From Patescibacteria group bacterium (GTDB taxonomy: Bacteria; Patescibacteriota; Patescibacteriia; GWA2-46-9), in assembly GCA_041675205.1 (NCBI GenBank), contig JBAYUF010000005.1, forward strand, positions 6,159-70,158: DNA of 64,000 bases, given 5' to 3'. The position numbers and the translations under genes were made by a program. The notes beneath the pieces were generated by a model. That model did no database searches. It had not been told where the DNA came from and worked only from the letters and a program-made list of their open reading frames with translations. This document shows, in pieces, positions 10,390-18,990 of the stretch (within the stretch, counting starts at the first letter, position 1; each line of letters opens with the position of its first letter).

Positions 10390-11280
10390 ATGTTTCTTTT
10401 CTTTTTCAATCCGTTTTTGCTAGGGTACTTTATTTTACCCGCGTCATTGTTTGCTCTGGCGGTCGGTTTCTATAAATATCGTCAAAAGGAATTATCCGTC
10501 AATCAGAAAGCAAAAAAAACTGCCTTTGTTTCAGCAGTTCTGGTTTTTGTTGTGTACACTGCCTACACAATTTATCTGATTTCAATCTCGACTAATTCAA
10601 CCGCAATTTTGGGCGTAATAGAAATACCATTCTCTGGCATTCCGCTCGCATTATTTGCTTACGCAATTGAATGGTCCCTAGCATATTTGTTTTTTTCTAA
10701 AGTTACAAAGGAATCATATACCGGAGAAAATCATTCGCGACGGATAATCATTGCGGCTGTCGTAGTTGCACTCGTCGTAATTCTAGGATCGGTGGAAAGC
10801 TATAGAACCGCTCTTGCCATGAAAGTCAGCAATAGTACAAAGGCAGGGGAGATACAAAAAGTCTACGATTCTTTTTTTGTGAAGTACGATGATAAAATTC
10901 TGAGCCAAATTGCAAGTAATGAGTACACTCCTGTTGAGGTTTTAAACGAACTTGCCCACGATGATCGCGAACGTGTTCTTCACGAGGTTGCTCGTAATCC
11001 AGCAACGCCTCTCGAAGCGCTACGCTTTATGTATGAAAATCAGGGCAGCGAAAGATTTGGTGACAGATACGTAGCGTATGATCTCGCAGTTAATCCTAGT
11101 ACACCGCTCGACATATTGCTTGAACTTAGCAAGAGCGATGATGATGTGGTTCGAAGCAATAGCACATATAATCCCAATCTTCCCCTTGAAATTTTGTGTG
11201 AGCTAAGCAAAGAGCAAAAGGGCGTAGTGTCGTCGCAGGCCAAGTCAAATATCAAAGCCCGCGGGGTCGCCTGTCCTTAG
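10390..11280 (+). CDS. Membrane protein with C-terminal LRV/HEAT-like repeats
   Basis: About 4 TM segments, then repeated A.NP.TP.E.L..L units. Confidence 0.7.
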   Translation: MFLFFFNPFLLGYFILPASLFALAVGFYKYRQKELSVNQKAKKTAFVSAVLVFVVYTAYTIYLISISTNSTAILGVIEIPFSGIPLALFAYAIEWSLAYLFFSKVTKESYTGENHSRRIIIAAVVVALVVILGSVESYRTALAMKVSNSTKAGEIQKVYDSFFVKYDDKILSQIASNEYTPVEVLNELAHDDRERVLHEVARNPATPLEALRFMYENQGSERFGDRYVAYDLAVNPSTPLDILLELSKSDDDVVRSNSTYNPNLPLEILCELSKEQKGVVSSQAKSNIKARGVACP

Positions 11281-11344
11281 TTGACAGTTACCCCATTTTC
11301 TATCACACTGTGTTGACTTACTAGTATCAAAACAATAGAACGAT

Positions 11345-11500
11345 ATGTCCCAGGATAACCTGATAAAATTGGAGTGCACGGTTTGCAAGCGTGTTAACTA
11401 CCATACTTTTAAGAATAAGAAGAAGATTAAGGAGCGTCTTGAGATCAAGAAGCACTGCGAATGGTGCAAGAAGCACACGTTGCATAAGGAAACGAAGTAA
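11345..11500 (+). CDS. rpmG: 50S ribosomal protein L33, Zn-binding form (not in the ORF track)
   Basis: Translates as [51 protein letters not shown]. Confidence 0.96.
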   Translation: MSQDNLIKLECTVCKRVNYHTFKNKKKIKERLEIKKHCEWCKKHTLHKETK

Positions 11501-11620
11501 CTAGTCGTGGATGGCTTATGGCAAGTAGCTGTAAGTAGCATTCATTCCGGGAAAGAATTAAACTATCAGGGTGTTATGACAATCTAGCGTTGCCATTTGC
11601 CAATGGCCTTTGCTAACTAC

Positions 11621-11694
11621 GGGGGCGTAGTGAAGTGGCATCATGCGGGTCTCCAAAACCTAAGTCGTAGGTTCGATTCCTACCGCCCCTGCCA
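11621..11694 (+). tRNA. tRNA-Trp(CCA)
   Basis: GGGGGCG/CGCCCCT acceptor, loop CTCCAAA, GGTTCGATTCC, G-CCA; follows rpmG. Confidence 0.95.
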
Positions 11695-11870
11695 GAAAAA
11701 TCCGTCACCATTTGGTGTACGGATTTTTCTGTTATTGGAAGGCGGAGTCGAACCTGGGGAAGGGGTCGGGGAACGGGAGTTCCCCGTGGCGGAATTATTC
11801 AAACCGAGGGGTTTGAAAGAGTCGCGGAGCGACGATGGTTCTAGCGAAGCGGATTCTACCGCCCCTGCCA
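11695..11870 (+). repeat. Gene-free multi-hairpin unit ending in a duplicate of the tRNA-Trp 3' end
   Basis: GATTCTACCGCCCCTGCCA (11852-11870) vs tRNA GATTCCTACCGCCCCTGCCA; four internal hairpins. Confidence 0.85.
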
Positions 11871-11996
11871 GTTTGAGCTAGCACAAGAAGCATCGTTTCA
11901 AGAGAGTACACGTTAGGATCAATACCCAGGCGAAAGCCTGGGTATTGGCGTATTAGGGCGAAAGAATTGAATTTGCATATATGATATTATGTCCTT

Positions 11997-12755
11997 ATGC
12001 GCGATGATGAACAGCCGGTATGTCCCAACTGTGGTTGGCCACTCCACATAGGCCAGCATGGGCCCCATCCTGAAGATGCTCCGAGAGAACCAACTCATCC
12101 ATTGCCGGAGGATTTGGCTCATCGGTTTGTGAACGGCACTATTTTTAATGATGCTGAAGTAGTAGCTGAAGGAGAACATGGTGATATCTATCGAGGCTTT
12201 ATTCGGGAGGAGCCGAATATTGGTATTCAAGCGGCGAAACTTCGGATAGATTTTCAGAAATCTAGTTCTTCAAATGCTGACACTCCAAAACAGGTACGCT
12301 TTGAATACGTACAGCCGGATAAAGTTGATTCAGAAAGTGATGTATTAGTGGCAGAAATGCATATCGCTCCATGGGGTAAAAATAAATTTGTTTTACAGCA
12401 CCGTTACGTTCAACCTGAGTTTCAAGGTAAACTTGGTCTTGGGACTAAACTTTTGCAGCAGGTAGAAAGTTGGTTAGCGCAAGTGGCGAGTGAAAAGAAA
12501 GAGGATGTGATTCTCGAAGTAGATACAGGCCAGAAGGGAGTGATTTCTTGGGTCGAGAAAAATGGTTTTTCTGTTGATCCTGATCAAGTCAAAGAATTGC
12601 AGGAGGTTGTGGATCATCCTGACCGATATGCGCTCGAAGACGTTCCTGATGTTGACGGATTGACTAAACCCGAATTCATTTTTAGAAATGATACCCCGGG
12701 CAGAACCGTTATTGACGCAGTTCGTTTTACTTTTAGTAAGAAGATTTCTGGTTGA
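11997..12755 (+). CDS. GNAT-fold protein, putative acetyltransferase
   Basis: YVQPEFQGKLGLGTKLL motif A-like segment; KNGF. Confidence 0.6.
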   Translation: MRDDEQPVCPNCGWPLHIGQHGPHPEDAPREPTHPLPEDLAHRFVNGTIFNDAEVVAEGEHGDIYRGFIREEPNIGIQAAKLRIDFQKSSSSNADTPKQVRFEYVQPDKVDSESDVLVAEMHIAPWGKNKFVLQHRYVQPEFQGKLGLGTKLLQQVESWLAQVASEKKEDVILEVDTGQKGVISWVEKNGFSVDPDQVKELQEVVDHPDRYALEDVPDVDGLTKPEFIFRNDTPGRTVIDAVRFTFSKKISG

Positions 12756-12764
12756 ACAGAGTCC

Positions 12765-12856
12765 GCTCGAGGTGCATTGTTTTGATCATTGAAACAAGGC
12801 CCCAAAAGCCTTACTGGTGTTGACCGATTGAGGTTCGATCTCGAGGTGGCCTGCCA
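12765..12856 (+). repeat. tRNA-like junction repeat L-A, copy 1
   Basis: GCTCGAGGTG...GGCCCCAAAAGCCTTACTGGTGTTGACCGATTGAGGTTCGATCTCGAGGTGGCCTGCCA. Confidence 0.92.
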
Positions 12857-13032
12857 AAAGAGTTCTGTCTGTGAAAGGCCTTTTTAATACAGTAATCATT
12901 GACAAGGGATGCCTTTTTCCATACAGTGCTGCTCGTCGTGGATGTAGAAGATTCGTAAGTTTCAATTCACAACTCAGGGCTTGGTCGGCTCTGACCCACA
13001 GAGAAGCCGAAGAAATTCGGCAAGGAGGAACC

Positions 13033-13614
13033 ATGACCGCAATCCGAAGAGTAGTTGATATGCTGGGGCTCAATTGCTTGCCGTTACTCGTCTCGTTCCG
13101 CAAGGCACATGACGATCGACGGCAGGGAGGTGCTCGCAAGCCGCGTCGCATCGCGCCTCGTGTGCTCATCCGCTGCGGATGCTGCAAGCAACGCGTCGAG
13201 GTGTGTGTTGATGAGCATCCGACGGGAGATCCTCATGTTGACATGCTCGAAATCAACGGCGTCTATGGCAGCATCGACCAGTGGCGACAGGTGCTGCTGC
13301 CACTCCTCGGTGTACCGATGCCGGACGCTGAGCGTCGCGAAGCTCGTCTCGCGCTCGTTCGCCGTCGTATGGTGAACGACGGCAGGATGAGGGAGGCGGG
13401 AGACTGCAGATCGTGTGGCGATCCGGCGGAAGAGCCTGAAGGCGAAGACGTTCCCGCCGGTCTCTGTTCGGAGTGCCAGGATATGCAGAAGAAGGGCTGG
13501 CTCAGCAACACGGAGCCCTCGCGACCACTGGTGCCACGCGCATCGGATCGGAGAGAGCCTCTTACCCGAAGTGGCCCGGCGTATTCGCTTTACGATCCAG
13601 CGCGTCAGGGCTGA
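13033..13614 (+). CDS. Hypothetical Cys-rich protein, GC-rich orphan
   Basis: AGGAGG SD before ATG 13033; CGCC and two CxxC motifs. Confidence 0.65.
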   Translation: MTAIRRVVDMLGLNCLPLLVSFRKAHDDRRQGGARKPRRIAPRVLIRCGCCKQRVEVCVDEHPTGDPHVDMLEINGVYGSIDQWRQVLLPLLGVPMPDAERREARLALVRRRMVNDGRMREAGDCRSCGDPAEEPEGEDVPAGLCSECQDMQKKGWLSNTEPSRPLVPRASDRREPLTRSGPAYSLYDPARQG

Positions 13615-13710
13615 TCGAATGTGCGTGGGGCGGGTTCGGTTGGTTGCAACAAGCTTCCGACCGACCCGCCCTTCGTCCTTTTCAAACATTTTTTTATTTG
13701 AAGTTACTGA

Positions 13711-13803
13711 GCTCGAGGTGCGGCGTTTCGTTCATCTAAAATAGACCCCAAAAGCCTTACTGGTGTTGACCGATTGGGGGTTCGGTCTCGAGGCGGCCTG
13801 CCA
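13711..13803 (+). repeat. tRNA-like junction repeat L-A, copy 2
   Basis: Aligns by eye to 12765-12856. Confidence 0.92.
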
Positions 13804-13837
13804 AAAGAGTTCTGCCCGAGGAGGGCGGGACTTTTTT
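13804..13837 (+). terminator. Hairpin right half R3 (terminator-like)
   Basis: AAAGAGTTCTGCCC-GAGGA-GGGCGGGACTTTTTT; also at 16286, truncated at 12857, degenerate at ~33665. Confidence 0.75.
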
Positions 13838-13910
13838 GTTTTTATTTTATTCAGATTCAATTTCTCTGTCTGATACCAGGTCTTTCGGCGAGATATGACA
13901 GTATCAGAAT

Positions 13911-14456
13911 CTATATAAAATCGGTTTTTTGAAAATGCTGCCAGTCTTTTTGTTGCCATGTTCCGCCCCAGTCCCATCCATATTTCTTAAAAAGCTTAAC
14001 CACATGGCCGTCCGCTACTATTGCTCCTGTCGCACCGGGGTCATATGTCGCCCCTGGAGGAAAGACTGTTCCATCAATCGCGACGTAAGGGTTTGTTGCC
14101 GGGTTGATATCTATAGCAAGGCCGTATGAGTGATTAGACGGCTTATTTGTGCCGTAGATCAAGCGGTAGTTAAATGCTGAAGTGTTATTCGCAGCCATGC
14201 TGTTCTCGTCAATCCAGTTGTAGGCGACAATCGGAAGCATTTTTTCAATTGGGAAGCGTATCTCATAAAGTTGCTTGAAAATCTCCAGTACTTCTTGTTG
14301 CACCTTTTTATTTATAACTAGTTGTCCTGTATGTGTTCTTTTGTCAAAAGAAATGTAGTCGATAGTCAAAAGAGCTTGGCTATGACGAACTTCGTCGGGC
14401 ATTTGTCCAGCCAAGGATTCTTCTATTGTCATTGCGCTATCAATAATTTTGCTCAT
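13911..14456 (-). CDS. M15 family metallopeptidase (D-Ala-D-Ala carboxypeptidase-like)
   Basis: NNTSAFNYR, SNHSYGLAIDINP and WGGTW..KDWQHF motifs; start at MSKIID inferred. Confidence 0.88.
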   Translation of the reverse strand: MSKIIDSAMTIEESLAGQMPDEVRHSQALLTIDYISFDKRTHTGQLVINKKVQQEVLEIFKQLYEIRFPIEKMLPIVAYNWIDENSMAANNTSAFNYRLIYGTNKPSNHSYGLAIDINPATNPYVAIDGTVFPPGATYDPGATGAIVADGHVVKLFKKYGWDWGGTWQQKDWQHFQKTDFI

Positions 14457-14559
14457 GTTTGCTCTCAGCAAGGTTATAACTTGCATATAAATATTATCAT
14501 AAATAGGAACTCGTGATCGGGCCGTGTCACTTTTGTCACTTTTCACTAAATCCGCAGGT

Positions 14560-14651
14560 GCTCGAGGTGTGTCGTTTTGATCATCGGAAAAAGGTTCCAA
14601 ACGCCTTACTGGTGTTGACCGATTCGGGTTCGGTCTCGAGGTGGCCTGCCA
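14560..14651 (+). repeat. tRNA-like junction repeat L-A, copy 3, followed by the same R1 hairpin as tRNA-Trp
   Basis: L-A alignment; GAAAAATCCGTCACC...GGATTTTTCTG follows at both 14652 and 11695. Confidence 0.92.
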
Positions 14652-14773
14652 GAAAAATCCGTCACCGTTTTGGTGGACGGATTTTTCTGTTGTTGGGTGA
14701 AAGGAATCGAACTTGAGAAGGGGGTCGTAACTGCAAGAGGAGAAGAAAAATTAGATTATGATAGAATAAGGTT

Positions 14774-15844
14774 ATGAAAATTGCAGATATCAATAAGTAT
14801 AGTTGGATAAAAAATTGGGGTGGAAACTGGAGTTTCCTGACGTGTTTTTACTTTGCCAATTACTATACAGGTGAAATGTGGAAGCAGATGGGTAAGGGTA
14901 TAAAAAAAGCCGTCATCATTTCGAATAATGGATATGGTTTTTGTTATTTCGATCCTAGTGATCGAGAATTATATGGAAAATACATAGGACTAAAAATAGG
15001 TAAGAATAAAGCGGCAGCTTTGAAATTTAGTAATGAACTAAAAAATCAAGCCGACACCTTGATTGAATATACTCACAAGTTAAGGAAGATGAAGACCGTT
15101 TCCTCAGTAGAGTATTATGATTTTCTGAGAAAATTTCTAGCATATTCTGGCCCGCACATGAGCATTCGGCCTACAGTTGATTATCTGCCAGAAAAACAGG
15201 TGAGACTGGTTCTGCCAATTTTCGAAAAAACTAGATTGTACGTAGAGGATGTTTATTTTGCGACAGAAGTGTTTATGCGTCATTGGGCCGAACAATTATC
15301 TGAACGAATGCGAGTCAATCCAAAATTCATACTCTCTTGCACGCCGTCCGAAATTAAGAATTATTGGCTTCATCAAAAGCTACCACCAACAAAGATTTTA
15401 AAAGCGCGATTTGTATCAAGCGGTATTATTTTTGATCGATTAGAAAACAAGGTTTTTGTTGGCCGCACCGTGGAAAGAATTGAAAAACTTCTTCAAGGCA
15501 GGCCGGACAAAAAAGAAATTAAGGGCCAAACAGCCTACGGAGGATTGGTTAAAGGTAACGCAAGAATCATTTTTAATCCTACGGTTCATAGCGCGCGAGT
15601 TTTTCAGAAGGGCGATATATTAATTACTGGAATGACAAGGCCAGAATTTTTACCTTTGATGCGAAAAGCTGGTGCAGTTGTTACAGATGCTGGAGGTATT
15701 TTAAGTCACGCTGCAATTACAGCCCGTGAAATGAAAATACCGACCGTCATAGGCACTACTGTTGCGACCAAAATTTTCAAAGATGGTGATATGGTTGAAG
15801 TTGATGCCACCCACGGAGTAGTAAGAATACTAAAATCACAGTAG
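14774..15844 (+). CDS. PEP-utilising enzyme mobile (His-swivel) domain protein
   Basis: C-terminal GDILITGMTRPE..VTDAGGILSHAAITAREMKIP; no ATP-grasp domain. Confidence 0.88.
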   Translation: MKIADINKYSWIKNWGGNWSFLTCFYFANYYTGEMWKQMGKGIKKAVIISNNGYGFCYFDPSDRELYGKYIGLKIGKNKAAALKFSNELKNQADTLIEYTHKLRKMKTVSSVEYYDFLRKFLAYSGPHMSIRPTVDYLPEKQVRLVLPIFEKTRLYVEDVYFATEVFMRHWAEQLSERMRVNPKFILSCTPSEIKNYWLHQKLPPTKILKARFVSSGIIFDRLENKVFVGRTVERIEKLLQGRPDKKEIKGQTAYGGLVKGNARIIFNPTVHSARVFQKGDILITGMTRPEFLPLMRKAGAVVTDAGGILSHAAITAREMKIPTVIGTTVATKIFKDGDMVEVDATHGVVRILKSQ

Positions 15845-15936
15845 CTCGAGGTGCATCATTTTTGCCATCAAAATAAGGCCCCAAAAAGCCTCACTGGTGT
15901 TGATTGATTGGGGTTCGATCTCGAGGTGGCCTGCCG
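15844..15936 (+). repeat. tRNA-like junction repeat L-A, copy 4
   Basis: L-A alignment; overlaps the TAG stop of the upstream gene; ends CCTGCCG. Confidence 0.9.
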
Positions 15937-16027
15937 TAGAAGGAGGAGTGTCCGAATGGCTGTTCGTCTTTTCTGTTATATGAGTTGTCTAGACAGGTGT
16001 GTGTGCCTTCACTATACTACTTACTAT

Positions 16028-16255
16028 ATGGATGAATCACTTATCATACAAAAGCTGGTTTCCTTGGATGAAAAGATTAGTGGTATTGCGACTCAAGACA
16101 GCCTGATAAAACTTTCTGATGACATCACGCAGGCACTTGATGACCAGCTTGTTATTTTGCAAAGATTGGATTAAGAGAGGCTTTTCACTATGGAACGAAT
16201 AAAGAGAATTGAAGCGGATGTTGAAGAATTAAAATTACAACTGAAAGTGGCTTAA
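16028..16255 (+). pseudogene. Small coiled-coil protein interrupted by an in-frame TAA
   Basis: MDESLII...LQRLD*ERLFTMERIKRIEADVEELKLQLKVA*; stop at 16172-16174. Confidence 0.65.
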
Positions 16256-16270
16256 GAGCTTCGACTTCAT

Positions 16271-16319
16271 CTACCGCCCTTGCCAAAAGAGTTCTGCCCG
16301 TCGGGGCGGGACTCTTTTT
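16271..16319 (+). repeat. tRNA-Trp 3'-end copy plus R3 hairpin
   Basis: CTACCGCCCTTGCCA followed by AAAGAGTTCTGCCCGTCGGGGCGGGACTCTTTT. Confidence 0.88.
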
Positions 16320-16420
16320 ACGTGAGAGAATATTGAAAAAGAGGGTATTTTTTATTGTAGAAAGATAGTACAGCGAGAATCAGAGGTATGGTAAACTGAT
16401 TTTGCTGACTAAATGACTCT

Positions 16421-16918
16421 ATGAGAACTAGAAAAGAATTAGAGAGGTATGTTACTTCAGTCGGAAAGGATATTAAGGATTGTAGAATAGCTGTCGGTTC
16501 ACTCATTTTTGACAAGGAAAATAAAGTCATACTACTTGAACGTGGAGATAGTTCACGCGATAGTGCTGGTAAGTTTGAAGGTGTAGGCGGGGGTGTTGAC
16601 GCCGCCGAAGAAAATTTGCACGAAGCGCTACAACGAGAGATACATGAGGAAATCGGTGAAGTTCAGGTTGATATAAAAGAGTTACTCACCGTAATGATTC
16701 TACCAGGCTCGACGGGCGGTACGTGGGTTGTTCCAATTTATTTATGTAGATTAAAAAGCGGGGAGCCAATAGTTATGGAGCCTGATAAGATAGTTAAAAT
16801 ACATCATTTCAAGCTGGGGGACATACCCTACAATAAGCTGAGCGCGTATCAGAAAAGTACGATGGATGCTTATCGTGAGAAGTACGGCCAAGAAGTATTT
16901 GACGTTCTTTCGAGTTGA
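16421..16918 (+). CDS. NUDIX hydrolase
   Basis: Nudix box GGGVD..EENLHEALQREIHEEIG. Confidence 0.9.
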   Translation: MRTRKELERYVTSVGKDIKDCRIAVGSLIFDKENKVILLERGDSSRDSAGKFEGVGGGVDAAEENLHEALQREIHEEIGEVQVDIKELLTVMILPGSTGGTWVVPIYLCRLKSGEPIVMEPDKIVKIHHFKLGDIPYNKLSAYQKSTMDAYREKYGQEVFDVLSS

Positions 16919-16963
16919 CTTGCAGAAGGGATTATCTGTTTGGACTCACTACGTAAGCGAAAT

Positions 16964-18424
16964 ATGAAGTTTGATAATTTTGAAATTTACGAAAGAATTT
17001 ATAGTAGCCATTGGTTTCTGACTTCCTACAATGGAATCGGATTTATTTTTGATTTCCCAAAAATCGGCGGTGGCAATTTTCTAAAGAAAGTCATTTATGT
17101 GATGGAAAATCAGATGTGTCGCTATATATTTAATCATAAGGAGTTTGAGCTGGCTGCCAACTATACTGCCGATAAATTAATCAATAATAACAAATGGAGA
17201 AAAGAAGTTTACGAAAAAATTGATTATTTTACAAAACAGTATTTTGATGCAGGAGAAAATTTAAGAGATTCAAATTTATCTTTGCTCTCTAACAAAGAGC
17301 TAATTAAACGCATTCGACGAATAATTGTTTTTCAGCATTACCATCAAGTCTACAGTGTTTTGGCCAATGGAGTAGTTTTAGATGGCCGCAATCATATGTC
17401 GAATAAAATTCGAGATGAATTACGAAATAATTTAAACTTCCCTCCGAAGTTTGAGAATTATTGGAGCACATTAACTCAAATTACGAGGATGAGTCTTCGG
17501 CAGAAAAAAGATTATGAAATTTCTCTTTTAGCAAAAAAGGTTGGAATACTAACTCAGAAACAAATTGAATCAAAATTAAAAAAGCTGCATAAAGAGTATT
17601 GTTGGCTCGACTATAATAATATGGGACCGGCAACGTCGTTTGATGCGTTTCGACAGCAACTTAAAATGGCAAAGCGGAGCGATAAGGACTTGAATGTACC
17701 GAAGCGTTTGGCAGTTTTGAAGAAAAAACAAAGACAATTGATGTCTACATTGAAATTTAACCGAAGGTCTAGATTTTTGATTGCATTAGCCCAACAGGTG
17801 ATTTGGCAGAAAGGGTATCGAAAGGATGTTCAGTATCATGGATTTTATTGCTATGAGCCCTTGTTGCAAGAGCTCGTAAGAAGAAAAAAAGTTTCTGATT
17901 GGCAAACATTGAGTTTCCTATTCCCTTGGGAACTTGAGGGTTATATAAAATCAAATAAACCGACCACTGCTGAATTGGAACAAAGGCGCAAGCTTTCAGT
18001 CTTTATGGTGACAAGAGCGGGACATTCAATCATGGTAGGAAAAAAAGCAAAGATGACTGTAAAAAAATTTGGATCACTTGAAAATTTTACAAGTGTAACC
18101 GAAGTAAGGGGTCAAGTTGCGTATACAGGATTAGTTCGCGGTAAGGTTAAAATCATTCAAACTCCGTCAGACATGGTCAAAATGAACAAAGGGGATGTTC
18201 TCATGTCCCAGGCAACCAGTCCTGATTTACTGCCCGCAATGAAAAAAGCTGGTGCAATTGTTACGAATACCGGTGGTTTAATTTGCCATGCTGCAATAAC
18301 TTCTCGCGAATTAAAGATTCCTTGTGTAGTTGGCACAGCAAAAGCAACCTTAGTCTTTAAAGACGGAGATTTGGTAGAGGTTGATGCAACTAGCGGAGTC
18401 GTAAAAATAGTAAAATCAGAATAG
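16964..18424 (+). CDS. PEP-utilising enzyme mobile (His-swivel) domain protein
   Basis: C-terminal GDVLMSQATSPD..TNTGGLICHAAITSRELKIPC. Confidence 0.88.
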   Translation: MKFDNFEIYERIYSSHWFLTSYNGIGFIFDFPKIGGGNFLKKVIYVMENQMCRYIFNHKEFELAANYTADKLINNNKWRKEVYEKIDYFTKQYFDAGENLRDSNLSLLSNKELIKRIRRIIVFQHYHQVYSVLANGVVLDGRNHMSNKIRDELRNNLNFPPKFENYWSTLTQITRMSLRQKKDYEISLLAKKVGILTQKQIESKLKKLHKEYCWLDYNNMGPATSFDAFRQQLKMAKRSDKDLNVPKRLAVLKKKQRQLMSTLKFNRRSRFLIALAQQVIWQKGYRKDVQYHGFYCYEPLLQELVRRKKVSDWQTLSFLFPWELEGYIKSNKPTTAELEQRRKLSVFMVTRAGHSIMVGKKAKMTVKKFGSLENFTSVTEVRGQVAYTGLVRGKVKIIQTPSDMVKMNKGDVLMSQATSPDLLPAMKKAGAIVTNTGGLICHAAITSRELKIPCVVGTAKATLVFKDGDLVEVDATSGVVKIVKSE

Positions 18425-18514
18425 CTCGAGGTGCGTCGTTTTCGTCTTCGAAACAAGGCTCCAAACGCCTTACTGGTGTTGACCGACCGGGGTTCGATCT
18501 CGAGGTGGCCCGCA
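18424..18514 (+). repeat. tRNA-like junction repeat L-A, copy 5
   Basis: L-A alignment; overlaps TAG stop; ends GGTGGCCCGCA. Confidence 0.9.
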
Positions 18515-18598
18515 GCAACAAATCTGCCTTAAACGGCAGGTTTTTTATTACTCAAAACGACAGGCATCGTGAAGTTAGAACTGTGATAGAATGTATGT

Positions 18599-18934
18599 AT
18601 GACCTTTTTACAAAAAACTATATTTGTTCTGATTATCCTGCTTATCCCCATAGCCTTTTTGCTAGGAGGTTTTCTTGGCAATTTGAAATATGCAGCACCT
18701 TTGGCACACTGTAATCCTGCCTCCGTGCCATATGAAAACGCTGAAACCCAAGAAGTATCTCTACCGATGAGTACTATGTTCAGAAACTATTATGGACATA
18801 CGTATAATTTTAGTGGTCATATTGTGCCTAAAGGGGTCAGTCTAAAAGATTATTATTCAACATTTAACTCTGGTGGTTTTCATTATCTTAAAACTACCAA
18901 TGGAGAGGTAGTCGCTTGTGGATTTTATAAGTAG
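18599..18934 (+). CDS. Hypothetical membrane-anchored protein
   Basis: N-terminal TM; ATG directly after the GAACTGTGATAGAAT motif. Confidence 0.6.
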   Translation: MTFLQKTIFVLIILLIPIAFLLGGFLGNLKYAAPLAHCNPASVPYENAETQEVSLPMSTMFRNYYGHTYNFSGHIVPKGVSLKDYYSTFNSGGFHYLKTTNGEVVACGFYK

Positions 18935-18990
18935 CGAGCGGGGACTAATCGCAAATCAGGAACATAAATAAACTCACACTGCCGCTGAAT

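Noticed and set aside
11597-11881. 94-aa ORF
   Set aside because: Overlaps tRNA-Trp and the hairpin element; spurious.
12765-12856. Functional tRNA genes (Leu/Trp) in the L-A copies
   Set aside because: No canonical 7-bp acceptor stem to the CCA end, no D-loop GG, and the loop sequence varies between copies.
12871-13032. N-terminal extension of the 247-aa ORF (likewise 24161-24259)
   Set aside because: Covers the conserved promoter and leader; SD-linked ATGs lie at 13033 and 24260.
14457-14600. N-terminal extension of the M15 peptidase ORF
   Set aside because: Runs through the L-A repeat; the true start is more likely 14456.
12765-18514. CRISPR array
   Set aside because: Repeats are ~92 nt and divergent, spacers are gene-sized (0.7-2.5 kb), and no cas genes are present.
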